From a virus: a DNA stretch of 39,401 nucleotides. Position 1 is the first letter of the stretch; every line of letters begins with the position of its first letter. Both the position numbers and the translations under genes were made by a program. The stretch lies in UHGV virus genome UHGV-0067872, one strand, 5' to 3'. The notes under the pieces were generated by a model. The model did not search any database, was not told where the DNA came from, and saw nothing but the letters and a program-made list of their open reading frames with translations. Positions 1 to 8,242 of the stretch are shown here, piece after piece.

Positions 1-113
1 GGATTTTGCGGACTGGTACGGATTGGAGCGAACTGATAAATGGTGTCCCCTGCAGACATCTACTTGACGAGGCAGGGGATTGATTGGAATGGTGTTTTTT
101 AGATGTGAAAAAT

Positions 114-137
114 ATTTTACCCGCTATTTTACCCATT
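114..137 (+). repeat. Tandem 12-bp direct repeat ATTTTACCC(G/A)(C/T)T x2, each containing TTTTACCC
   Basis: Read directly: TTTTACCC at 115-122 and 127-134; the same octamer recurs three times near the int start at the other window end. Confidence 0.6.
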
Positions 138-329
138 GGCGCGGCTTAAGAGCTTATTTTTGAATTCACAATGGTCACGATATAACCATCTTGCTCGTCC
201 GTGGATAACTTTGGCTTTTGGCAGGTCGCCGGACTTAATCCGGTCGTAGATGAAGGTTTTACCGAAGCCAGTATCGGCCATGATGAATTTCAAATCAACC
301 AGTGAATCAGGCTGTAGTTCATGTTGCAT
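129..329 (-). CDS. AlpA/Xis-family excisionase-like small DNA-binding protein
   Basis: 66-aa ORF; segment IMADTGFGKTFIYDRIKSGDLPKAKVIHGRARW resembles the AlpA/phage excisionase HTH as I recall it; same strand as int across the window junction. Confidence 0.6.
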   Translation of the reverse strand: MQHELQPDSLVDLKFIMADTGFGKTFIYDRIKSGDLPKAKVIHGRARWLYRDHCEFKNKLLSRANG

Positions 330-374
330 GAGTGCTATCTCCGAATAGGGAATCGAACCTGCAAATCAGGCAAT

Positions 375-394
375 AAAAAACCGCCATCAGGCGG
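375..394 (-). terminator. Putative rho-independent terminator (minus strand)
   Basis: Minus-strand transcript forms CCGCC-UGAU-GGCGG followed by U6; stop codon of the 387..554 ORF lies in the loop. Confidence 0.4.
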
Positions 395-554
395 CTTGGT
401 GTTCTTTCAGTTCTTCAATTCGAATATTGGTTACGTCTGCATGCGCTATCTGCGCCCATATCATCCAGTGGTTATGGCAGTCGTTGATGTCCTCTGCTTC
501 GATAACCCTGTCGAATGGCTCTCCATTCCATTCACCTGTGACTCGGAAGTGCAT
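387..554 (-). CDS. Small hypothetical protein (55 aa), absent from the ORF track
   Basis: Hand translation MHFRVTGEWNGEPFDRVIEAEDINDCHNHWMIWAQIAHADVTNIRIEELKEHQAA; GGAG 7 nt upstream of ATG; ends in terminator hairpin. Confidence 0.3.
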   Translation of the reverse strand: MHFRVTGEWNGEPFDRVIEAEDINDCHNHWMIWAQIAHADVTNIRIEELKEHQAA

Positions 555-661
555 TTATCATCTCCATAAAACAAAACCCGCCGTAGCGAGTTCAGATAAA
601 ATAAATCCCCGCGAGTGCGAGGATTGTTATTCACATTTGACGGCAAGTTGCAGGTTAGCCA

Positions 662-922
662 TTACCGCACCTCCAGTCTCCATACCGCCTGACCAATCCG
701 GCTGGCATATGTATCTTTGGATACTGCTCCGTCTTTAGCCAGCTCCATAAGAATTTTGCGCAAATCTGCCGAACGCCATTCTTCATCAGGAAATTCCTTC
801 TCCATTGCCAACCGCAAATTCCAGGTTGCCATCCTGAATGGATATTCCCCGCCGAGAGCTTTATCTTGCAGGGCAGCCCGGGAACGCATCACCTGCAAAA
901 CCTTCTCTTTTACATCCATCAC
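662..922 (-). CDS. Hypothetical early-region protein (86 aa)
   Basis: ORF with ATGA start/stop overlap to the upstream gene (translational coupling); no recognised domain. Confidence 0.5.
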   Translation of the reverse strand: MMDVKEKVLQVMRSRAALQDKALGGEYPFRMATWNLRLAMEKEFPDEEWRSADLRKILMELAKDGAVSKDTYASRIGQAVWRLEVR

Positions 923-1779
923 TTCACCTCCTGCTGTGGTGCTGCTGGCATTTCACGCCAGTGCGTAACTGAGTGCGGATCCGGATATTCGGTGCCATCA
1001 TCCCAGCGATTGCCATTCCACATTGCAGACCACATCTCACCGTCTTCATACATGACCATTACCGGAATTAACTTATCCGGCATTCGATCACTACAGCTTA
1101 TCCAACTATCCGGAGTTACCGGAACTTGCGGAATGGCTGTCTGCTCTCGAACGTCATTAGGCGCTATAGGTTCTGCTGCCAACTGACTGGCATATTTGTT
1201 AATGGTAACGATAAGCTCTTGCTCAGCCTCATCCAGACAATCACCGATACCTCGCCTGTCACCGTCAAAATCATCGAAATCGGCACGAATCTTGGCAACC
1301 TTCTGGATTGCGGACAACACCTCACTAGGAATTACCGGATAGTTGGTTGACGTTTCCGCGATTTCACGAAAATTATTGGTTGACGAATTCTTGTTTTCCC
1401 GAAAGTTTCCGGACTGAAGCATGGCTGCGCGATAGGCGTTCCAGCCGACAGCTTTTCCGTGTTCAAACGCGCTGTCAAAGTCATCATCCATTTCCATCGC
1501 ATCAGGCACAGATACCGTCTCTGGAGGAGCGGCGTAAAGCGGAGTTACGGTAATTTCGTACTCGTTTATATCCTCGTCGCTGATATTTGCGAAATAGCGA
1601 AGGATGCCTTTCTCTCCACGACTACGAGCGTCAGAGTCCTGAATGATATACGCCACAGGCTCTGCTTCCAGCGATTCCAGCGTAATCCGTGCAAGTTCCA
1701 TTTGTTCACCACGGGTAAGCCCGTTTTCAAGCGGATTTTTAATGAACAATTCAATACGTTCTTTGGTAATAGTGGTCAT
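919..1779 (-). CDS. Phage protein with C-terminal DUF551-like domain
   Basis: 286-aa ORF; C-terminal W-rich segment (WSAMWNGNRWDDG...VTHWREMPAAP) matches my recollection of DUF551. Confidence 0.55.
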   Translation of the reverse strand: MTTITKERIELFIKNPLENGLTRGEQMELARITLESLEAEPVAYIIQDSDARSRGEKGILRYFANISDEDINEYEITVTPLYAAPPETVSVPDAMEMDDDFDSAFEHGKAVGWNAYRAAMLQSGNFRENKNSSTNNFREIAETSTNYPVIPSEVLSAIQKVAKIRADFDDFDGDRRGIGDCLDEAEQELIVTINKYASQLAAEPIAPNDVREQTAIPQVPVTPDSWISCSDRMPDKLIPVMVMYEDGEMWSAMWNGNRWDDGTEYPDPHSVTHWREMPAAPQQEVK

Positions 1780-1985
1780 GTGTTAATCCTCAAAACTTTA
1801 TGCCCGGGCGCAAAAGTACGTGTTTTGTCTTTGCTTATTCGCCACCCGTCTTTACGGGCCTCTTTTGCACAACCAGACCATGACGTACCGATATACTCAC
1901 CGAAGTCTGGCACTGGATATACACCTTCCGTACACTGGCGGCAGTCACAATAGAGATGCATGGTGTAACTTGCGGCAATAGCCAT
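1776..1985 (-). CDS. Small Cys-containing hypothetical protein (69 aa)
   Basis: ORF overlapping neighbours by 4 nt; CDCRQC and GC motifs; function unknown. Confidence 0.45.
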   Translation of the reverse strand: MAIAASYTMHLYCDCRQCTEGVYPVPDFGEYIGTSWSGCAKEARKDGWRISKDKTRTFAPGHKVLRINT

Positions 1986-1986
1986 A

Positions 1987-2526
1987 TCAGTCTCCTTTGA
2001 TGCCAGTGTTTACAACCTGACAAGCCTCTTTGAGCACCCAGTAAACAGCGTCTTTCCATGCTCCGGTTTCGGCTGGCGGATTCTCACGTTTTACCTGCTC
2101 ATAGAAGCGCACTGCTTTAACCAGTCCTTCCGGCACTACTGGCGATGGCTGTTTAGCTTCTAAATCAGCAATTCTGTCAACCACGGCATCGACAGCATCT
2201 GAAAAACTGAAACAGTTACTCCACTCAGACCTATCCCCGGTTGCTGCAAAGTACATATCAGCTAAAGCATACTCAGCATGGTCACGCTCGTTGATGAGTT
2301 GCTCTTCGCTTTTCTCCAGTTCAGCAATACGCTTACTCCCATCCGAGATAACGCCCTCGTAATACTCACGCTGCTCGTTGAGTTTTGATTCAAGTTCACC
2401 GAACTTACGGACAAGATATTCAGCGTTTGTTTCGTTAACCTTTAAATCTCGTGGGATGCATTTACCTTTCAGAAATCCATCCATCTCAATTAGTGTCATT
2501 TGTTTCATTTTTTTCCACTCCGCCAC
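1987..2526 (-). CDS. Ead/Ea22-like early protein (coiled coil)
   Basis: 179-aa ORF (GTG start in track; an internal ATG is also possible); acidic coiled-coil protein typical of lambdoid ea22-type genes; weak recognition. Confidence 0.4.
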   Translation of the reverse strand: MAEWKKMKQMTLIEMDGFLKGKCIPRDLKVNETNAEYLVRKFGELESKLNEQREYYEGVISDGSKRIAELEKSEEQLINERDHAEYALADMYFAATGDRSEWSNCFSFSDAVDAVVDRIADLEAKQPSPVVPEGLVKAVRFYEQVKRENPPAETGAWKDAVYWVLKEACQVVNTGIKGD

Positions 2527-2665
2527 ATCGCATTCAGATATTTGTTTTGATTCACTGATGGAAAAGAATTTCTCTTAAGCAATTCCTCTCTCGATGGCAT
2601 TGGCTTTACGCGTTGGCGAATAATCATTTCTGCCGGAAGAATGCCGGGATTGTATGCAAGTCCTC

Positions 2666-2947
2666 TCATGATTTACTCTCCGCGAACTGGTCAACAGCCG
2701 TGCTAAGTGATACACCTAAAGTCTCGATATGCTGCTGAATATCCTGTAGTGTCTGCGCCTGAGATAACAGGATTTCACGGTTGCATAACTCTTTAACCAG
2801 ATGCTCAAACTTGCTGTAATAACCGATACGACTTAGTGTTTCTTTCCCTGCATTCTCGCCTTCTTTGATAATTCCTCTTTCACTAAGAATCAGGTCGTGT
2901 TTGGTTCCGGTAATAACGTATTTTCCAAGGTCGATGTTTAGCTTCAT
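2666..2947 (-). CDS. Hypothetical protein (93 aa)
   Basis: ORF in the co-directional early gene string; no recognised motif. Confidence 0.45.
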   Translation of the reverse strand: MKLNIDLGKYVITGTKHDLILSERGIIKEGENAGKETLSRIGYYSKFEHLVKELCNREILLSQAQTLQDIQQHIETLGVSLSTAVDQFAESKS

Positions 2948-2963
2948 TGTTAATTACTCCATG

Positions 2964-3278
2964 TTAATTTATTCGTATGCCTGCTCTTTCTTCATCGAGT
3001 TTTTTTAGCTTGTATCGCATAGCTCTTACTGAATAAATTGAGCGGCAGGTTGCAATTGCTATTTCTTCTGCGGAGAACTTACCGAAAAGTGATACTTCGG
3101 CTCTTGTCCATCGTCTTCCACGAAGTCGGCTAACAATGTCAGCGCCAATCCTTGTTGCTTTCGCCATTACTGCTTTTTCAGTCCTTTCCAGTTTTTCTGC
3201 GATAACTTCAACTGGCATTGTCGCCGCTACCTCGCGCAAGAAATCTACTTCCCATTTCTCCCATGGAGTCTTTTTCAT
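2964..3278 (-). CDS. Hypothetical protein with two internal Myb/SANT-like repeats (putative DNA-binding)
   Basis: Two internal repeats of the form W..EV.(F/L)....E.IA....R...V (residues ~6-45 and ~57-95). Confidence 0.45.
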   Translation of the reverse strand: MKKTPWEKWEVDFLREVAATMPVEVIAEKLERTEKAVMAKATRIGADIVSRLRGRRWTRAEVSLFGKFSAEEIAIATCRSIYSVRAMRYKLKKLDEERAGIRIN

Positions 3279-3289
3279 AGGCGATACCG

Positions 3290-3772
3290 TTATTTGATAA
3301 GAAGTGAAGGTTTCCCAACTTTGAGTTGAGCGCCGGGGATATTTATTCCTGCTTTTAGTTGGTGTTTGATTGCCAGTTTGTCGGCTTTAATTGTCGTTTC
3401 AAACTCAACGTATTCAGGAGGAAGGGCGCTTGAGTCGATGATTTCTACAGTTTCTGACGGTTTGCGGATTGTTACCTGGTGAATACCTGCTCTAATCTTT
3501 TTCTTGCCAACCATTTCAAGCGATGAGGCTATATATGCCATAATGCTGTCAATCTTATTTTGAATTACTGCGGCTCGCTCATTCAGTGACTTTGCCTCTT
3601 CCTTGAGGCGTTCAGCATAACCAGATTCATTTTTAATAATGGCAAGAAGTTGCTCTATTTTATCGGTAAATTCTCCTTCCATGCCTTCTATTGTGTCAGC
3701 AATCATCTCTGGTTCTAAATCTGAATCCATCAATTTTGCGTATTCATTGGCAATTTCATACAGTTTGCTCAC
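3290..3772 (-). CDS. Gp157-like coiled-coil protein adjacent to recT
   Basis: ORF track gives 3290..3805; I prefer the GTG at 3772 because GGAGG sits 6 nt upstream; family assignment from memory only. Confidence 0.4.
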   Translation of the reverse strand: MSKLYEIANEYAKLMDSDLEPEMIADTIEGMEGEFTDKIEQLLAIIKNESGYAERLKEEAKSLNERAAVIQNKIDSIMAYIASSLEMVGKKKIRAGIHQVTIRKPSETVEIIDSSALPPEYVEFETTIKADKLAIKHQLKAGINIPGAQLKVGKPSLLIK

Positions 3773-4667
3773 TGGCAACCTCCAGTTTCGCTTTGCATTC
3801 TGCATAAATGGCTTGTACGTTCTGCTGCAATTTCATCCCAGATGTCAGGCGATATGCTTCTGCAAAATATCGCTTCAAATCATCCATGTTTTCTGCCTGA
3901 GCCATTTCATCACAAAGAAGTTGTGCTTTTTCCATAATTTCCTGCTGGCGTTTCCGTTCATCTTCGCGGATATCTTCCTCTGATTTGTGCGGCATAACTG
4001 GTTCAGTCCACACACCTTCTTCTTCGTTTAGTACGTGAATAGCACTATCAAGACGTGATGCCTTAGGCCAATACTTGCTTGCACGCTTTACGACCGTCTT
4101 TCGCGCCATCTCATTCCAGTGATTTACCCATGGTCCTTTATCGCTGAATGCCGCCTTGCTTGTTTTCCTTACAGCCTCAATTTCAGCCAGACTCATCTCT
4201 TCCGTTAGATAATCACCTGCTGGCGTCTTAACTGTGCAGTAAACGCCAACGATATCACCACGATCACCGAAGGCGTTGTATTTATGGGTTGGTGCTTTAT
4301 CAAGCCCGTTTGACTCATAGGTATCGTTAGCATGAACAAGTTTTGCCTGACCCCATGAGATAACACCAGACTCCATTGCAATATGGAGCAATCCCATATA
4401 ACTGATATCAAGGCACACCATGCCGTCGCGCGGAACCAGATAAGCCAGTTTGCTAGCCGGGTTTAAGGTGATGCCGATCGCCGCAACATTGATGATGGCG
4501 TTCTGTGCGCTGGTTGGATTTGCCAGTGCCGTTTTAGCCAGGTAATCATTTTTCTGGAAATACTGAATTGCAAACTGGCTTTCCTTAGCCCATGTCACCG
4601 TCTGTTCAGTCAATGCTCCGCAGAATAACTGCTCCTGCTGTTTAACGAATTCAACGATATTGCTCAT
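3756..4667 (-). CDS. recT: RecT-family single-strand annealing recombinase
   Basis: 303-aa ORF with the RecT-like core as I recall it; position matches a lambdoid recombination module. Confidence 0.85.
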   Translation of the reverse strand: MSNIVEFVKQQEQLFCGALTEQTVTWAKESQFAIQYFQKNDYLAKTALANPTSAQNAIINVAAIGITLNPASKLAYLVPRDGMVCLDISYMGLLHIAMESGVISWGQAKLVHANDTYESNGLDKAPTHKYNAFGDRGDIVGVYCTVKTPAGDYLTEEMSLAEIEAVRKTSKAAFSDKGPWVNHWNEMARKTVVKRASKYWPKASRLDSAIHVLNEEEGVWTEPVMPHKSEEDIREDERKRQQEIMEKAQLLCDEMAQAENMDDLKRYFAEAYRLTSGMKLQQNVQAIYAECKAKLEVASEQTV

Positions 4668-4975
4668 GCTGCTTCTCCATAAATGTGTCTGCGTTTGAAT
4701 ATTGCGAAGGCATATTCAGCCTTAACTCTTTCGGTTATTGCATCCCAGAACCATTCAGCGGCTTTTTCCTGATAGTTACAGTCATCATCTTCCAGCCAGT
4801 CGATAGCGTCCTTAGTGTGTTCATCTGGTTTATATGAGCGAAGCATTTCGCTTATTGGGTCGCAACGTTTGCAGAGGCGATCAACTTCACTGTTGATTCG
4901 CTCGTAATCTTCATCAGTAAAACTTGCGATTATTTGCGATATTTCACGCTTATCATTCAGAGTCAGAATCATCAT
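4664..4975 (-). CDS. Hypothetical protein (103 aa) upstream of recT
   Basis: ORF coupled to recT (ATGA overlap); acidic; unknown. Confidence 0.5.
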   Translation of the reverse strand: MMILTLNDKREISQIIASFTDEDYERINSEVDRLCKRCDPISEMLRSYKPDEHTKDAIDWLEDDDCNYQEKAAEWFWDAITERVKAEYAFAIFKRRHIYGEAA

Positions 4976-5060
4976 CTTTCTCCTGTTCTTTGTGCTGATT
5001 GAGCATTTTGTTCATCTGACTAATGAATTCTTCGTCTGACCAGTTATCTGTAAAACTCAT
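4953..5060 (-). CDS. Small acidic ORF (35 aa) in the kil position
   Basis: Hand translation MSFTDNWSDEEFISQMNKMLNQHKEQEKDDDSDSE; ATG overlaps the cIII-like stop; too short for certainty. Confidence 0.2.
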   Translation of the reverse strand: MSFTDNWSDEEFISQMNKMLNQHKEQEKDDDSDSE

Positions 5061-5227
5061 GGACGGCCTTGTTGTTTCAAAATATCCCAAAGCTTTTCGA
5101 GCAAGCTTTTCATTCTTGGTTGTTTAAAGTCTGCTCCGGTTAAAATATTTTTTCGTGAATGCTGTACCGATAAAATCGGGTTGAAAGGGCGAACCGATGC
5201 CGCCCCTGCAATAGCGAACTGTTGCAT
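5057..5227 (-). CDS. cIII: cIII-like protease inhibitor (56 aa)
   Basis: Hand translation MQQFAIAGAASVRPFNPILSVQHSRKNILTGADFKQPRMKSLLEKLWDILKQQGRP; shares MQ.AIAG and SLLE...DIL.Q.G with lambda CIII as I recall it; correct map position. Confidence 0.4.
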   Translation of the reverse strand: MQQFAIAGAASVRPFNPILSVQHSRKNILTGADFKQPRMKSLLEKLWDILKQQGRP

Positions 5228-5317
5228 AGGATGCTCCTTCTGTTTGATTGCATAACGAAAACGCCTCGAGTGAAGCGTTATTGGTATGCGGTAAAGCCGC
5301 CAACAGGCGGCTATTTG

Positions 5318-5551
5318 CTATTGATTCTTTTCAAGAACATCAATGATGTCGTCCGGGTTGTCTCCGTTGTCTTCACAAAATGCTTCGAATTCAGCCCATT
5401 TCGCGCTGATAAAATCAATTACTCTCATTAATTCGTATTCCATATTTTTCTCCAGACCAAAAGAATGCCGCCCATATAGAGCGGCAAGACTATCAAGGAA
5501 TGATTTCCAATAATCAGAACAAGTCGGCTCCTGTTTAGTTACGAGCGACAT
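5318..5551 (-). CDS. Acidic hypothetical protein (77 aa)
   Basis: ORF between cIII-like and N; D/E-rich C-terminus; no recognised domain. Confidence 0.5.
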   Translation of the reverse strand: MSLVTKQEPTCSDYWKSFLDSLAALYGRHSFGLEKNMEYELMRVIDFISAKWAEFEAFCEDNGDNPDDIIDVLEKNQ

Positions 5552-5599
5552 TGCTCCGTGTATTCACTCGTTGGAATGAATACACAGTGCTTACTCGTA

Positions 5600-6070
5600 C
5601 TAATAAAATACCCAATTTTCTGTTTCTTGGTTGTGCCCAAAGTTATATTCAATATCTGGTGTTGATGTATCAATATTCTTCATCCCATCAACAAGAGTTG
5701 ATACAACAGCCAAATCTTGTTTGATTCTCATTAAATGGTATTTCTTCCGGCGCAATAAACTTTCAATGGCAAGTTTCTTCGTTGGGAATGCAAAAGATCT
5801 TTCTGCATTTTTTGCTACTTTCTTAATTGCATATCTATTTCTCCTTTGTTTCCATTCCTGTAACCACTGATTTGGTGCTGGTTTAAAATTAACAATCCAA
5901 TGCGCAGGAACCAACCATGCATAATGCTCTGTCTGATGAAAAGCTATATATTGAAGTGCGAATATTTTTATCCCATCTTCTTCAACTGTCGCCTGGAATC
6001 TCCAGAAAACAGGCATTCCATCATGTTCAGTTTCTGATTCAGGAAAAGGTACGCTCCATGATTTTGTCAT
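5600..6070 (-). CDS. Basic hypothetical protein (156 aa), AT-rich moron
   Basis: ORF directly downstream of N; markedly AT-rich DNA versus flanks; K/R-rich centre; no recognised domain. Confidence 0.5.
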   Translation of the reverse strand: MTKSWSVPFPESETEHDGMPVFWRFQATVEEDGIKIFALQYIAFHQTEHYAWLVPAHWIVNFKPAPNQWLQEWKQRRNRYAIKKVAKNAERSFAFPTKKLAIESLLRRKKYHLMRIKQDLAVVSTLVDGMKNIDTSTPDIEYNFGHNQETENWVFY

Positions 6071-6078
6071 ATCTCACC

Positions 6079-6378
6079 TCAAATAAGTGGTTTGCTGCCT
6101 AATTTCATTTTCTGGCGACCAACACAAGTCACACCCATTTCACTGCGCGGCTTGCGGTAGTAAATACGGTTCTGTTTACGCTCGACTTCTTCTGCCTTCT
6201 TGCAGCGAAGGCTTCCGAGTGATGCTGCTTTATCTGCTCTGACGCAACCAGAGAGCTTTAGCGCAATTTTTCGCGCCAGTCGCTGCTCTTGCATTGCCTG
6301 TTCACGTTGAGTCTGTCTGCGTGCTCTGCGGCGATTTCTGGCGTTATCGTCAGCCAGATATGTAATGACTACTGTCAT
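6079..6378 (-). CDS. N: N-type transcription antiterminator
   Basis: Arg-rich motif NARNRRRARRQTQREQ near N-terminus; C-terminus YYRKPRSEMGVTCVGRQKMKLGSKPLI parallels lambda N as I recall it. Confidence 0.75.
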   Translation of the reverse strand: MTVVITYLADDNARNRRRARRQTQREQAMQEQRLARKIALKLSGCVRADKAASLGSLRCKKAEEVERKQNRIYYRKPRSEMGVTCVGRQKMKLGSKPLI

Positions 6379-6571
6379 GTTGACCTCCGATGATTGACTT
6401 TGGTGATTGGATGGCCGGTGCTGAATTCCGGCTTACTGGTTAGAGCGCCCGCACTACCAGTGACGCTGTCTTGAGGCGCAGATTGGTTACTGCTTGCCAT
6501 GAGCGCTGTTTATACATTGGTCGAGCATCAGCCTGCTCATTCATCCAATCCCAAAGCCAACTACTCTTTGG

Positions 6572-6614
6572 TTCCCGCATTTCGGCGGGACAATCACATC
6601 AATGTTAAAGAGCC
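6572..6614 (-). promoter_or_regulatory. nutL (boxA-like GCTCTTTAA plus boxB hairpin)
   Basis: Minus strand reads TCCCGCCGAAATGCGGGAA; the same hairpin recurs on the plus strand at nutR. Confidence 0.5.
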
Positions 6615-6661
6615 TGCCAATCTGTTCCGTTTGGCTTCCAGCGTCCTGCTGATGGCTAAAG

Positions 6662-6746
6662 AATACTGTAGGTATTTTATTGTGTAAATACCCAAGGTAT
6701 TTGTTTTTGGTGAAATAATGATAAGCAAATGAATACAAAGGATATT
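6662..6746 (-). promoter_or_regulatory. OL operator cluster / PL region
   Basis: Palindromes AATAC-N5-GTATT at 6662-6676 and 6687-6701 and a weaker copy at 6732-6746; same consensus as the OR sites. Confidence 0.5.
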
Positions 6747-6832
6747 TATTTTTTCGCTGTCTGCTTGTTCAGTGATTTTTATGCGGGATATGTGAAGTGG
6801 ATCCCGATAGCTATTGCTGCCGGGATTATGGG

Positions 6833-7201
6833 TTAGTCAGCGAAGGTTAAGACGAGAATTACCTTAATGATGTCTGCTACAACAGACACGGCCATAGATA
6901 AACCAAAGACGATCCAAGCCACAGTGATGTCTTCACTACCATCGTATAGAGTTCCGTAATCACTGGTGTAAGGCGTAAATGTCGCGCCTTGATACAATAG
7001 GTATAAGCTTGATCCATAGAGGATAAATGCAGATATCCCTTGTATTGCTATGATCACAAGAATCATGAAACGAGCTGATCTATGCGCCCAAGCCTGGCTT
7101 ATTTTTTCTGATAGAGATTTCGCAATAAAAGCATGCGCTAAGCCGTAAATTGTCGAGATTGCCAACATCCCAAAAAAGCTTGCTATAGCGGTTCCAACCA
7201 T
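6833..7201 (-). CDS. Small polytopic membrane protein co-transcribed with cI
   Basis: ORF track 6833..7222 (TTG start overlapping cI stop); I prefer ATG at 7201 with AAGGGG SD; three predicted hydrophobic helices. Confidence 0.55.
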   Translation of the reverse strand: MVGTAIASFFGMLAISTIYGLAHAFIAKSLSEKISQAWAHRSARFMILVIIAIQGISAFILYGSSLYLLYQGATFTPYTSDYGTLYDGSEDITVAWIVFGLSMAVSVVADIIKVILVLTFAD

Positions 7202-7218
7202 AATCGCCCCTTGCGTGA

Positions 7219-7935
7219 TCAAACCAGCCTTAGTTTTGTCTCAATTGCAACGCCTATAATCTTGCAGTTTCCATTGATTGGCACGAGAGGCCATGCAGGA
7301 TTAAGTCCCTTGAGGTATTTATTTCCGCCGTCGATTATCAGCTTCTTGAATGTTGCTTCGTTAGAGTCAGAAAGTTTTGCTATGACCAAGCTGCCGTTGA
7401 TCGCCTCCCTTCCGGTATCGAAAAGAACGAATGTTCCCTCTGGAATGCTTAACCCAACCGGTGCCGTCATTGAATCACCTTCCACTTTAAGCCAAAACGC
7501 ATTACCTTGAATATGCGCGTCAGACTCAAGCCAAACATCTATGTCTTTAATGGTGTATGGTTCGCATGCTTCACACCACGAGCCAGCCTGGATACTGCTT
7601 AACACCGGATACCTCTTTCCTGCTCTGTATTCCCCTGCATACCTTACGTTGGCATCGCTCTTAAGGCTTTCTGCCTGTTCTGCAACCTTGGCAGCAATTG
7701 ACTGGCTAAAATCAGCAATTGAGACTTGCAACAATCGTGCAAAACCAGATGCAACCTCAACGTTTAGCGCGTTTCTGCCATTAAGATAATGCCCTACCGC
7801 TCCTTGGGTGATACCCAGTTCATCAGCGATTGAGTATTGGGTTATTCCCAATTCTTTCTTTTTTGACTCATACAAAGCCTTAAGCCGCTTAGCGTCTTCG
7901 AGCTGTTCTGTCGTCAGTGATTTTTTATTTTCCAT
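7219..7935 (-). CDS. cI: cI-type repressor (HTH + S24 LexA-like autopeptidase domain)
   Basis: N-terminus LTTEQLEDAKRLKALYESKKKELG resembles lambda cI; C-terminal domain with AGSWCEACEP and VEGDSM motifs of S24 peptidases; divergent from cro. Confidence 0.9.
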   Translation of the reverse strand: MENKKSLTTEQLEDAKRLKALYESKKKELGITQYSIADELGITQGAVGHYLNGRNALNVEVASGFARLLQVSIADFSQSIAAKVAEQAESLKSDANVRYAGEYRAGKRYPVLSSIQAGSWCEACEPYTIKDIDVWLESDAHIQGNAFWLKVEGDSMTAPVGLSIPEGTFVLFDTGREAINGSLVIAKLSDSNEATFKKLIIDGGNKYLKGLNPAWPLVPINGNCKIIGVAIETKLRLV

Positions 7936-7946
7936 AGCCTAATTCT

Positions 7947-8010
7947 AATAGCTAAGGTACTTAAACTAAAAATACCCTGAGTATTGATTGCTTTGAATAC
8001 CTGTAGTATT
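7947..8010. promoter_or_regulatory. OR operator cluster (three sites) with PRM/PR
   Basis: AATAC-N5-GTATT palindromes at 7971-7985 and 7996-8010 plus a degenerate copy at 7947-7961, about 25 bp apart. Confidence 0.55.
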
Positions 8011-8041
8011 CTTTGTTCATGGTTAATAACGGAGAGTGCAT

Positions 8042-8236
8042 ATGATTCGAATGACACTTGCCGATTACGCCAAAATCCATGGACAGGCTAAAGCAGCCAG
8101 TGACTTTGGTGTAATCCAGTGCGCTATCAGCAAGGCCATTCTGGCAGGCCGTAACATCATGGTTACGGTAAAGCCTGATGGCAGTGTGATTGGAGAGGAA
8201 GTTCGTCCTTTCCCAAGCAACAAGAAAAACAAATAG
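8042..8236 (+). CDS. cro: Cro-like repressor
   Basis: Track begins at GTG 8036; ATG 8042 has GGAG upstream; sequence parallels lambda Cro (DYA..GQ.K.A.D.GV.Q.AI.KAI.AGR...PFPSNKK). Confidence 0.7.
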   Translation: MIRMTLADYAKIHGQAKAASDFGVIQCAISKAILAGRNIMVTVKPDGSVIGEEVRPFPSNKKNK

Positions 8237-8242
8237 TAACAC

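Noticed and set aside
461-646. 61-aa minus-strand ORF from the track
   Set aside because: Low-complexity composition and no SD; a different frame (387-554) has an SD and ends in a terminator, so that one was preferred.
3639-3983. 114-aa plus-strand ORF overlapping the recT/Gp157-like junction
   Set aside because: Antisense to two well-supported minus-strand genes; hydrophobic low-complexity translation typical of AT-rich antisense frames.
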